The translations under genes were made by a program, and so were the position numbers. This document shows positions 54,201-64,000 of a stretch of DNA of 64,000 nucleotides, in pieces. The notes below the pieces were generated by a model, which was given only the letters and a program-made list of their open reading frames with translations, had not been told where the DNA came from and did no database searches. Source of the DNA: Eimeria praecox (Eukaryota). Location: positions 2,790,001-2,854,000 of the forward strand of contig OY986947.1 of the NCBI GenBank assembly GCA_963920595.1, read 5' to 3'. How positions within the stretch are numbered: the first letter of the stretch is position 1; each line of letters starts with the position of its first letter.

Positions 54201-56872
54201 GCGCCACCGGCTTCTTCCCTGACATCATATGTTGCGTGGACTTTGAGCATAACTGCACAATACCGAATTGCAGCCATCAGCCAACGTACCGACTATCCAG
54301 GCAAATGAACTTCCTGCGATGACAAACAATGCGTGCAAAGGGCCTTTCCCGAGTGTGCTCCAATTTCAAAGACGCAAGCACAATGCTGTTGGCACACCGT
54401 CTACTACTGTCGACTCCTATGACTGCAGCTTTAGTCAGTATCTTGTGTTGGTTGTGCGGCATCCAGCTAATTCCTAGCACCAGCGCACACTTCCCACTAG
54501 ATGCCAACTCCGAACTCTCCGAAAACTGCACACTAAGCTACATCGCACACAGACCAGCTGCACACAAAGCATTCGTGCTGTGTGCACCTCACTACTATTT
54601 TCACCAACGTGTAGATGCCGCCGACTGATGAATATTACTCTGCGATCCACCGGAACAATCATCAGCACCGCGATAGGCCTACCCAGTAGTTCTGGGCAAC
54701 GGCAAATAGAACGATATGCAGAAACCAGCTGCCCATCAACAGGTCTCCTCACGCGCATATCTCTACACACTCTAACACACAAAATATATACCTACAAGCC
54801 ATCGACATAATTCCTCATGCTAGATGCCCGATGGGCCACTAACGAAACTGCGCATTACTGAATTGCAGCCATTAACACAAAATACCCAGAATCTAACTCA
54901 TCTGCTCCCAAGAAAAATGGCATCCTGTCATCAGTAGTGGATACCAACTCTGAACCCACTCGATCCTGGGAGCAAAACAGGTTCAATTCCATCTTTCCTC
55001 TGTGCCTAAGCACCAACGCAACCATCGCGCAAAGTCTTCAACTACCCCAACGCCATTCCCCACCTAAGCAAGATAGCAAATACTGCCGGCACGCACCCTG
55101 ACGCTCGTCGAATGCTGCAGGTTCAAGCCGGGCAATTATGCCTTTGAAACAACACATCCGAGCACAAAGGCCTGTCAGTGCACTGGCATCAGCCGCATAC
55201 TGCATGCTAAGCAGCAGAGAAGTTCTTGGTAAATCTTCCCAAGACACCGTTCCTATAACGCCTCTACGGTGCATGACCAGAGTGATCTGCTGAGTGACGA
55301 AATCTGGCCCCAAGGCCTGCTGCGCAACGCTCTAGCAACCCACCTCCTGCAAAGGTGCCGATGTACCTACAGTTTCGATGTTAATCCCAAGGTAAACACC
55401 AATTGAAATTTGCCCCACAGATCTTCCCTGCAGGCTTCGCGTCCCTCGACTATCTCTAGGCCCCCAACACGCGACCAAACGCTTAGCCCACGCACGCCAA
55501 CAAGGCTACGCACAGGCTATCAACGCAACACACGTTTCAGTGCTAATGAGAACAACCTGCAAAGAGCACAACAAAAAAGGCCTAGAACCAATGCTGGTGC
55601 CAGCACCTGTAGCGTTGCCAGCTATTCTGAATACCTTCGGAGTCAGTAACTTCTACTGGTTCACTTGCAGCCACCACCTCATTAGGATTTACGCATACCT
55701 TACACCCCAACCGTCCTCCGTGCTGCCTGACACTATACAGCAAACTACTCTCGCTTCAAATAAGCTGCACACAAAGCATCCATGCGGTGCGTACCTATAT
55801 AAAAACACCACCAACATGCAAATCTCCCTGCTCCATTAATGCTACAGCTTTTCCTTCCACAAAATGAAACACTCACTGATTAAACTGACTTATAACGTAG
55901 CAGTGCACAACCGTAAATGCCACGACACGCACAAGTAAATGCGCACCGAAGAGACAAATCCACGTACAAACCTCTACACACTCTTAGTCACCAACCAAGC
56001 AGCACCCTAGCGTCGAAGTACATCCTAATACTAGATGCACAATGCATCTCAGATATCAACTCCCAGTTGCGGGGCTGCAGCCATTACCACACTTACCCCC
56101 TATCCAAACAAAACAAGGGCTGCAGCTGGTATGCAGTATGGGCGAAAAGACGCCTGAAACCTGCAAGCCTGCAGCAAAGTAAACAATGTTGTAGGCAGCA
56201 TGCCTTTGATCCTCTGCTTTTCTGACTGCCTCCCGCCTCAGCACCTTGTGTTAGATGCGCTGCAACCCACATAAAACCTGCACCCAGATACACCATAAGC
56301 TACACCCGTCCTGCGCGCCCCCTCAACTACACACCCAACAGCTCTGCGTTTGAGCAAGCTGCACACAAACACATCATGCTGTAGCATACATGCGGGACGA
56401 GCCTCTCTAAAATAAAAAGCTACGCGCAAGTGGCACTGGTACCTCGAGGCACTGGTCCATCAGATATCTAAAATCCCCAGCAGGCCGACCGGTCTACGCA
56501 GCAACAATGCGGAAGAGCAAATGCCACGACACACAGAAATCAGATGTCCACCAGCAGGTCTCGCCACGCGAGCATCGCTGAGCACTCTCACCCGCCAACC
56601 AAACAGCTACAAGCCATCGATATCCTTCCTGATGTCAGGCGTTGAGCCGACCTTTGACGAACCTGGACGGACCTGCAGAATAGCCAGTTGTGGAAGCCCG
56701 CACACGTACCGACTATCCAGCAAAACACCGTCCCGTACTCATGACCACCGCCTGCATACAGAGCTCTGGACGGATGCGCCAGCATCCTAAGCGCAAGCAC
56801 GATGCTGTTGGCAGCACCTGTACTACGCCCAATTCCTCCGAGTGCATTTGGCATCAGTATCGTGTGCTTTGC
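30256..56872 (+). repeat. Segmental duplication, copy B
   Basis: atgaaagcc at 20 matches 30,275. Colinear with copy A through the flank and the tandem array. Array identity stops after cgtgtgctttgc at 56,872. Confidence 0.95.
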
Positions 56873-57560
56873 GCGCGTCTGTGTACATTCCGCAGACAGT
56901 CAGGGGACTCGACAGTCTTACACGGTGTGCTAGGAGCAATCTGCATGGGTCTTTGAAAATGGAGGCCGCTGAGCCAAAGAGGCAAACCCATCCACAAGTC
57001 TCTAGGCACTCGTAGCTACTAACCAAACTGCTGCACGGCATTCGCCTCCTGTTCGTCCTAGTGCAGATGAGCGCAGCCTAGGGAGAGACTCCCGGATGCG
57101 CAAGAGGAGCGGAGAGGCAAATACAGCGTTATTGTCGACACGCCAAAGAGAGGTTAGTCGTCTGGCTGCTCCCGAAGTAAGGTTTTTGCTTTGCTTGTAT
57201 GTAGCCAGCAGTTTACCAGAGCTCGCACGCAACCTACACTTGAAGCCTCCTCTGTGCTCCCTGAAACTGTACACTACACAACTCTGCTCTCAAACACGTT
57301 GCCCAGAAACCACGTATAGGGTTTGCTCTTGAATTACTAGCAACGCGCAAACGTCGCTGCTCCATTAGTGCTGCTCTCCTTCGAACGCATACAGAAACCA
57401 CAGAACCGATAGGTCTCCCCACTAGCAGCATGCAAAGGCAAATGGGATAGCATAGTAGAAATCACCTTTTAACCAGCAGACGGTCCTGGGCGCTCATAGC
57501 CGCACGTGTAGGCCCACCAGAAATCCATCTGCAAGGTATCTACCTCCTCTCTTATGCTGC
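37710..57560. repeat. Second field of ~600 bp diverged monomers
   Basis: Duplicate of the first field. After the array ends at 56,872 a diverged monomer continues (e.g. gcctcctctgtgctccctgaaact near 57,245 vs gcctcctccgtgccctctgaaact near 13,856). Boundaries approximate. Confidence 0.85.
40602..56872. repeat. Tandem array 2 of the same unit (4 full copies plus ~0.4)
   Basis: Units start at 40,602, 44,280, 47,958, 51,635 and 55,312. The same ORF recurs at 40700, 44378, 48056, 51733 and 55410 (periods 3678, 3678, 3677, 3677). Confidence 0.97.
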
Positions 57561-57591
57561 GTACTACGTGCACCTTGAATGCCACTGCTCC

Positions 57592-57619
57592 CTACACAGC
57601 GATTGCTACACAGCGATTG
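57592..57619 (+). repeat. 14 bp perfect tandem duplication
   Basis: ctacacagcgattg twice in a row. Confidence 0.9.
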
Positions 57620-57675
57620 AAGTGCTCATGCCTGTTGGTCACAAACAAACCAGTAGTGGCAGTAGTGGTAACAGG

Positions 57676-57714
57676 TTAGCGGTGTGGTTGTGGCCAGCAC
57701 AACCAAACCGCTAA
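57676..57714. other. 17 bp stem (1 mismatch), 5 nt loop inverted repeat
   Basis: ttagcggtgtggttgtg-gccag-cacaaccaaaccgctaa. Confidence 0.9.
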
Positions 57715-58213
57715 ATTGTAACGAATAATGCCTAGGTATCCCTAAGGGACAATGAAAACATTCTTACCAATGTGAGTGTTGTATGCGGCTCAACCAACTC
57801 AGCCCTGCTGCAAAGGCAATAAGGTTGTTCATGGCCCTTCTCAGCTGAACAAGCTGGCATAGTGTAAGAACAATCAGCACGCTTCCCACCTATTTTTGTA
57901 TGTGTAAAACATGCACATGCCCGCTGGCCATAAATTCGTTCGACGCAGTCTTCCATGCTTCTCACCCCGCAGTGTACCCCTAATAAAAGCAGCCGGCATA
58001 AACGTTAGCAAAGGTTGTACGGCGAGGATATCCTCGTCGAAATCCTAATAGCCTATCGTCTCAGCCAGTTCACTCCAGGCGGGTTTGCTTAATATCCCGT
58101 GCTTGCAGAGAGAACCGTCCAGCGTTCACAAAATCACGCACAGCCTGCTCATGATGATGGCGACAGCGTCAAGGGTGGACCTCCAGCGTAAACAGAATTA
58201 GCAGCGCGGCCGC

Positions 58214-58429
58214 ATGCAGACACCACGGATTTTGCATCCTTTCTGCACCATCAAGATGTCAAGCACTTGCGTCAAGACGCAGTCCGCAAAATACACGCGT
58301 ACCGGCTGCACGAATGGAATGCATACACCACGGTTTTTGCATCCTTTCTGCACCATCAAGATGTCAAGCACTTGCATCAAGACGCAGTCCGCAAAACACA
58401 CACGTACCGGCTGCACGAATGAAATGCAT
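58214..58429 (+). repeat. 105 bp tandem duplication (2 copies)
   Basis: atgcagacaccacggattttgcatcctttctgcacc... at 58,214 repeats at 58,319 with a few substitutions; visible as a repeated 35-aa string in ORF 58214..58540. Confidence 0.95.
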
Positions 58430-58586
58430 TTTGCAGTCAGCAATGCTAATTTGTCGCCCAGCAAACACAGCAACCTTGCCAACCAAGACGGCGATCCAGC
58501 TCTCAAGCCCCACAAACAATGCTATTGGCAACGCTGCTAGCACTCCATGTTCAGTTGCAGATCTGGAGCAGCAGTTTCCTACCTTT

Positions 58587-58604
58587 CCCCCCCCCCCCCC
58601 CCCC
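58587..58604. repeat. C18 homopolymer
   Basis: 18 consecutive C read directly. Confidence 0.95.
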
Positions 58605-58992
58605 TGCCTCCCAGAAAAGGCCAAATGCCTAGCGAATGAGCACACAACCCAGGGAATATAGTGATGAAGCGCATGTAACTTCCCCATGATCCTCGTAAGG
58701 CATTGAGATTCACACCTTGGCTGCGCATACTGTCTGCATAATCCAGGAACATACAGCCTCCCAGGCGGCGCGATCCACGCCACGCAACACATGTATAACT
58801 GTCCACACGCTAAAGGCGTCTCATTATTAATGTCCACATTAAACAAAATGACTCGCCAATCGCTGTTTCTGAGCAGATGACTGAAACGGAAAGCTAGTAT
58901 CATCGCGTTTAGAGTTTCTTGCTCATTGGCAGGCGTGGGGGGAGATTTGCTGCTTTTGCATCCCTCCTGCACCGTTGAAGTGCCCCATGCAT

Positions 58993-59039
58993 GCGTGAAG
59001 CCTGACGCAGATTGAGGCTTCACGCCTCAATCTGCGTCA
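58993..59039. other. Two overlapping, mutually exclusive perfect inverted repeats (11 bp and 16 bp)
   Basis: gcgtgaagcct (58,993-59,003) pairs with aggcttcacgc (59,015-59,025); tgacgcagattgaggc (59,003-59,018) pairs with gcctcaatctgcgtca (59,024-59,039). Confidence 0.92.
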
Positions 59040-60717
59040 AGCCGCACTTGTACGAACTATCCGCCCACAGAACGTCCCAGGCCTATGGTGACCTCCAAGA
59101 GACTCTCCTGAGCCATACCCCCGACAAAAATGTTTCTGATTGCGCCCCTACCGGCTTCCTACCCTTTCTAGGGCACAGGAGTCGAATCCCTAGCTTTGCA
59201 TACAGCTTGGGCCATTGAGATGCCCACGCCGAGCCTTAATCCAGGGCAAGCGATAACGTACCAACTAATCATACAGTAAGGCGGTTCGGCAGTGGTTTGC
59301 GGCTCCAGCAAGAGGCCTTAAAGATGCTGCTTCTGAGCCGTTGATCCAAGCACAATACTACTGCCAGCATGCTTGTCGCCGGGTGTCCCCAAGAATTTCG
59401 TAAGCGCATCCTGACGTTTCATCCCGACTGCATCAATCAAGTGCCTAGCACCTGAATCAGGGTTACACTTGCCTTACACACAATGCACTTATGGTGCATT
59501 AATGCAAGATGTGTTGCTAATGCATGTAAAAGATCACAGCAAACGGCGCCCCTCACCGAGAACCTCGCCTAGCATCCCATGCATTGAATGCCTTCGGAGG
59601 AAGGTCTTAACCTTCCAATGCGCGCGAATCATCATGATGCTCAACAACCGAATGAGCACTAAGCCCACGTTAAACAGTACACTTACCGACTAATCACATA
59701 CAGTGCGCCTCAGTGCTAATTTGAAGCTCCAGCAGGGACCCGGAAAGTGTCCTCGGGAGCCGATTGCCCGGGCACAATGCTAGTAGAACATCTGGCGTCC
59801 ATTGCCCCTCTGCGTTCCTTGGGCGACAGTATCTCTTGCTGTCGACTGCATGTTGCCAGCATAAGCACATATGTCACAATCCTGTGCTTGGTGCAATGTA
59901 AATGGTCCTGACTAACGCGGCAGGAGTTTCCAGTAGCGTGGTGGAAAGGCAAAAGCCACGACATGCAGAAACCAGCTTTACACCAACAGACACGCTCACA
60001 CATCTCCGCCTGCGCGTTTAGCCAGCAAGGCATGGACTATCTTTCTCGTGTTATCGGCATATGATGCATGGCAATTCCCAAGGGACATTTGGGATACCCA
60101 GTGCTTACGTGTTAGGCGCAAGCATTTGGTAGCCATTAGCACAAGGTCTGCGGAAACAGCAAGCTTCCACAATGCTGAGGAGAAAGAGCCAAAGCCGAGT
60201 TATTACTGCGTTTGCAAAGCGTTCCTGAGAACTTTGTTTCCAACCCGTACAACCGAGACTGTCTACACGAGTGTGCTAATGCATTATGTGCGAAGCAACA
60301 CACGTATGGCTGCTTTGCATAAAAGGGTAACTAGAGCCAATGGGCAGTCTCCACCTCCACGTTGCGTGCGGTTTAAGTGTTTCATTCCCCATGGAGGCAC
60401 AACTCTCCTGGCCTGGTAGGCATAACTGCAACAGGACGCTGAAGAGACTACTAAAATGCCAAGGCTACTCTATGCACAGTTCAAACGCATTTCCCGCTAA
60501 TGGCCCAGCAGCTGCTGTTTTCTTGCACGCCTTATTTCTTGCTGGGTTCTCACTCTCTGCCGCACAACCAGCGCTACACGGCCAAAGCCTCTGGAAAAAG
60601 TAAGGCGGCTAGCCAGCAACCTGCACTCACGCCATCATTATTATCTAAACCATTCCACAGCCTTCACAATCAGCACAGGAACTGCGAGCATTCACTGAGC
60701 TTCCACCGCATCAAATG

Positions 60718-60768
60718 CACTCTCAAGAATGGCATTAGCGTTCTACGCTAATTCCATTCTTGAGAGTG
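60718..60768. other. 24 bp stem (1 mismatch), 3 nt loop inverted repeat
   Basis: cactctcaagaatggcattagcgt-tct-acgctaattccattcttgagagtg. Confidence 0.93.
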
Positions 60769-63700
60769 GCACGCAGCAACTTCTAATCAATTGCCAACGT
60801 TGCATACGCACCAGCGTAGCATTCCGTTGCTGGGGGGTTCCGGCTTTAAACTTTCTTATGCGTAGGCAGAGCTTCGCCTTCCCCTGCTAAGATTGTGGAA
60901 TTCTAACCTGCAGGATGTTGTATCTAGGGCTTCAATTGGCTTCAGCTTCGGGATGTTGCCGCAACTATAGTCAAAAAGCATCCTTTGCCAGCAGGCTGCC
61001 ATCTGCCCGCCTTTTGATATGGTATCCCATTTGGTGCAGGCAGTTTACCTTGCGAAGCCTGTTAAGCCTCGAGTAGATAATCAAGGCCAAAAAGCAAAAT
61101 TGTTGGGCCGGACAGCGTCTTTGAATATCCATGCGGACAGAATATGAATGCCCGATTCACAGCACGGGCCCTTTTAGTGCTGCATGCGTTTGGGGATGGT
61201 CACGTGCTGCTTCGTAAGCAAATAATCACATATTTGTACAGAGCAACTTGCACTGATACGGTTGGGCATATGTGACCAGGCAGATTTAATGCCTACATTC
61301 TGGCATTGTTACATCTGTAGCCCAAGCGCATCCATTACTAGCCGCCAGCGAGCTCTTCCATTTTAGATCCCCCGGTTGGTGAGTGCAAAGCACTCCGATG
61401 TGTAACATGCAAAAGAACGCAACCGCTTTTACATTTCATGCATCCAAAAATCTCTCGTATGCACTGAAACTAGGCGCATCAATCCTCCACAAAATTTTCG
61501 TATTCGTTGGATTAAATTTTGAGACCGAATTGGAGGCATGGAACCTTCTATCAGTTTCCCTTCGTCCCTCAAAAAAGAAAGGGTCAACGTGAAGAAGCAA
61601 TTAAGTCATAGCAGTAAGCCATTCCGGAGTAGCGATTCCGCAGTCAGGATCATTTACTGCCTGCAGGTTTCGCATCCAGCTTAAATACATACTTTGTAGT
61701 TAGTCTGGTAGAACGACGAAACGTGTCACCGGTTCAGTGGGAATCGTGGTGGTAATTCAGAACTAATGACAAGTGTAAATCGTGGTGTAAGCGCAACACC
61801 TGCAAAACCAGAGGGGGATAGCCTAATCAGACCTTCAGCCTTGCAGTCTCCCACAGCGCGAGGTACCCAGGTTGATGAATTTTAGGAGAACGAGTGCATC
61901 TTGGTCTTCCACAGGGCAACCAGCTACCTGCGTGCTTGAGTGCATGAAAAACAAGCTTCGTGGTGACAGAGTAGGTACCACCTGAGCGCAGCATAAATTT
62001 CCGAAAATTGGCATGCTGGATGCACCTCAACCAAGATCCCACCAACAGCCTGCATTGTAGTTGAAGAGATGCCCTTCCACAGGACTCTAGCAACTCATGA
62101 TAGCATGCTTAAGAATCCAAAACTTGTCCCAAATAAGCACATTGCCGCATACAGCGTCCCATGGAGTATGCTACTGGCTAATCACACGGTAATAGCCTGA
62201 GCACCATCAGCCAAACTAGCTTAGCAAGCCACAGAATATCTACCTGAGTAATTCATGGGTTCATAATGCTGCCTCGTGCTGCCCGATTCTACTCTCAGCT
62301 GGAAACCACACCTGCTGGCTTCCATACTGAGCTCATGCTATCGGCGGGCATTGAGACAAACAGTAATCCAACAACTACAAGTATTAATAAAATGATCTGA
62401 GGTGGCAGCTCGGGGCAACTCGAACTACGGCGCTTTAGTTAGATATTGTAAAACGTATGCCTACAACAATTTGCTGTCTCCTTAGTCAACCTCACAACCC
62501 CTGAAGGTAACTCAAAAACAATACGGGCATGAAGTTGCCGCTTCACCCACTTTAGGGAGGAGGGCATCTCTGCAGTACCATGCTGGCCTAGTTGTTCTTT
62601 AGCGACTGAACTCGCTACATTTAGAATTAAGGGCCATCCATTTCGATTAGATAAAAGCGGAAAATGCAACAACGGAAAAACGCCTGCGCACGGTGAAATG
62701 AACTCGTGGACGGCAAATCCCGCATCTACAGCCACTAACACTCTCGCCCAAGCACCTGCGTGTGTTTGAGCCATTCCCAACTGCGAACAAAGTCGTGACT
62801 GGCCGTAATTACATATTGGCTACAGCTGGGGTCCTGCGGGAGTGTTTTCCAATTGAGAGACGCTGCACTCATTTCTGTAAGCCTCGTCGTATTTTGTGGC
62901 TGTTGTTTTGTTTGTCGAAGAACGGCTGCTTGGCGATTCCATTAAGCAACAGGAAGGATAATCTAGCAATTTTGCTGCCAGCATTCACTGCTCAAATTTT
63001 TCCAAGCCTTGATGGCCGCGCGCAGCATCCGTATGCAGCCGCTAGGAACTCAGCAAAGCGTGTGTCATGCACGCAGGTTAAGCACAAATCTACACCTATA
63101 TTCTTCTTCCGTGTGGAGCAGCCACTACACTTTCAGCACTGCCCAATCAAGCAAAAGCGGCAATAACTCACAAGCTCAACCATATTATGGATGGCAATAT
63201 GCCCCTGCATGCATCCCATCGCCAGCGGCAATACTGAGCCACCTCCGCACGCACAAATGCATCTTAAGTTGCTGCTGGGTGTTTCGTGTTTCGTGTAATG
63301 AATGGAACGCGCTGGGTGCGCCATCAAGTGTACGCAGTGCGTCTGTTTACAAAACGCTGTCAAGACCAGACTCACATGAGCAGCACAAACGCCTTACGCC
63401 ACCGCGATGCCAGCAGTGTTCCTGTACTGCACTCAACAAGCGGTTCGTACATACCGGAAAAATTGCATTAAAATACTGCACGCAGTTGAAAGGGTACAGC
63501 CTCATATTTATCCAAATGGAATCTGCTATACTAACCATTAAACCCCTTTGTCTCCCTTCAAGGTAGTTCTTAGAGCAATGAAATGCCTTTGTGAGTGTAC
63601 TGCTTACTGTCCGCGTGCATTTCTGCAAATAGCCTCTGGTGCACTAAACCCGCTGCTCCTGGTGATTCCGTTTATCCATCAGCTCAAATTCACACAGTTT

Positions 63701-64000
63701 GTGGAGCTCCTAGAAATTCGATGGTTTGTCTTGATAGAATAGCGGTGGCCACCAGACTGCTCTACCTAAAAAGTGCTGCTGCGAATGCGAAAAATCCTTC
63801 TTAGGTGAGTTGAGGTTGATTTACGGACGAAGCAGATAGACGTTTGGAGGCCTCTGACCCGGATGTTTGCTCGCACGCTCAAAGCCACAAGCAGCAGTGT
63901 GCTCGCTGAAGCTAGCAACCCAAACATCTTTAACCTCCTTGATGGCCTCATCTCACGAAAAGGTGCCAAGTTTGCCCCATCACGAACTGTTTTGCTGTTT

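Larger units (their letters stand above)
37801..59880 (-). ncRNA. Candidate spliced multi-exon non-coding transcript (copy B; could be continuous with copy A)
   Basis: Same cassettes as copy A: GTAAGT at 37,801-37,806, GTACGT at 49,350-49,355, and a solo cassette with GTAAGT at 59,681-59,686. Inferred from motifs only. Confidence 0.35.

Noticed and set aside
11587..56872. Recurring 60-110 aa ORFs in each 3.68 kb unit as a tandem protein gene family
   Set aside because: They overlap in several frames on both strands, many start at non-ATG codons, none resembles a family I recognise, and unit variants truncate or frameshift them (e.g. MPHRSS ORF 91 aa vs 79 aa).
11587..56872. rDNA, 5S, tRNA, snRNA or spliced-leader tandem array
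   Set aside because: No conserved rRNA segments, tRNA cloverleaf with A/B boxes, or Sm site recognised by eye. An Rfam search would be needed to exclude divergent RNAs.
56865..57194. 314 bp insertion with an 8 bp target-site duplication (tgctttgc)
   Set aside because: The intervening sequence is itself diverged monomer (ggatgcgc...gcaaatacagcgttattg resembles 13,047-13,090) and has no terminal inverted repeats, so monomer homology explains the repeat.
8700..57560. Dscam-like mutually exclusive coding exons or a micro-exon protein gene
   Set aside because: Implied exon lengths (42, 43, ~57, 75, ~178 nt) do not share a phase, a 1 bp indel segregates within one exon, and the long exon has stops in all three frames.
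8700..57560. CRISPR array or other prokaryotic system
   Set aside because: No 23-50 bp identical repeats with unique spacers, no cas-like ORFs, no operon-like gene density.
58364..59023. Longest ORF (219 aa, minus strand) as a real gene
   Set aside because: Non-ATG start, runs through the C18 tract, hairpins and the tandem duplicate, and has no recognisable domain.
60048..63969. Protein-coding exons in the terminal unique region
   Set aside because: Only short overlapping ORFs without recognisable similarity; isolated splice-like sites (e.g. taggtgagt at 63,802) do not build a supportable model.
1..64000. Eimeria-type SAG surface-antigen cluster or LTR/LINE retrotransposon
   Set aside because: No ORF fragments with SAG-like cysteine/tryptophan spacing, and no reverse transcriptase, integrase or gag motifs in the six-frame track.

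Overview
Eukaryotic-looking DNA with no convincing protein-coding gene, rRNA, tRNA, CRISPR array or transposon ORF. Frequent TGCATGCA/GCAGC motifs weakly suggest a coccidian apicomplexan such as Eimeria (inference only). Almost the whole window is nested repeats. (1) A direct segmental duplication, ~1-27,085 vs ~30,256-56,100, with offset ~29-30 kb. (2) Inside each copy, a head-to-tail array of near-identical 3,677-3,678 bp units: 4.2 copies at 11,587-27,085 and 4.4 copies at 40,602-56,872. (3) Each unit is a hexamer of strongly diverged ~600 bp monomers, and such monomers continue beyond the arrays (~8,700-28,270, ~37,710-57,560, plus a solo copy near 59,700). The best-kept monomer positions read on the minus strand as splice signals: GT-NN-GT donors, YAG acceptors and a TACTGAY branch-point-like motif. 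The implied exons do not keep frame and contain stops. My main hypothesis is a long minus-strand spliced non-coding transcript made of dozens of amplified exon-intron cassettes, like small-RNA host genes; this is inferred, not shown. Several perfect or near-perfect hairpins, array-specific variants and an older dispersed repeat family in the flanks are also present. Identity levels are judged by eye, not computed.
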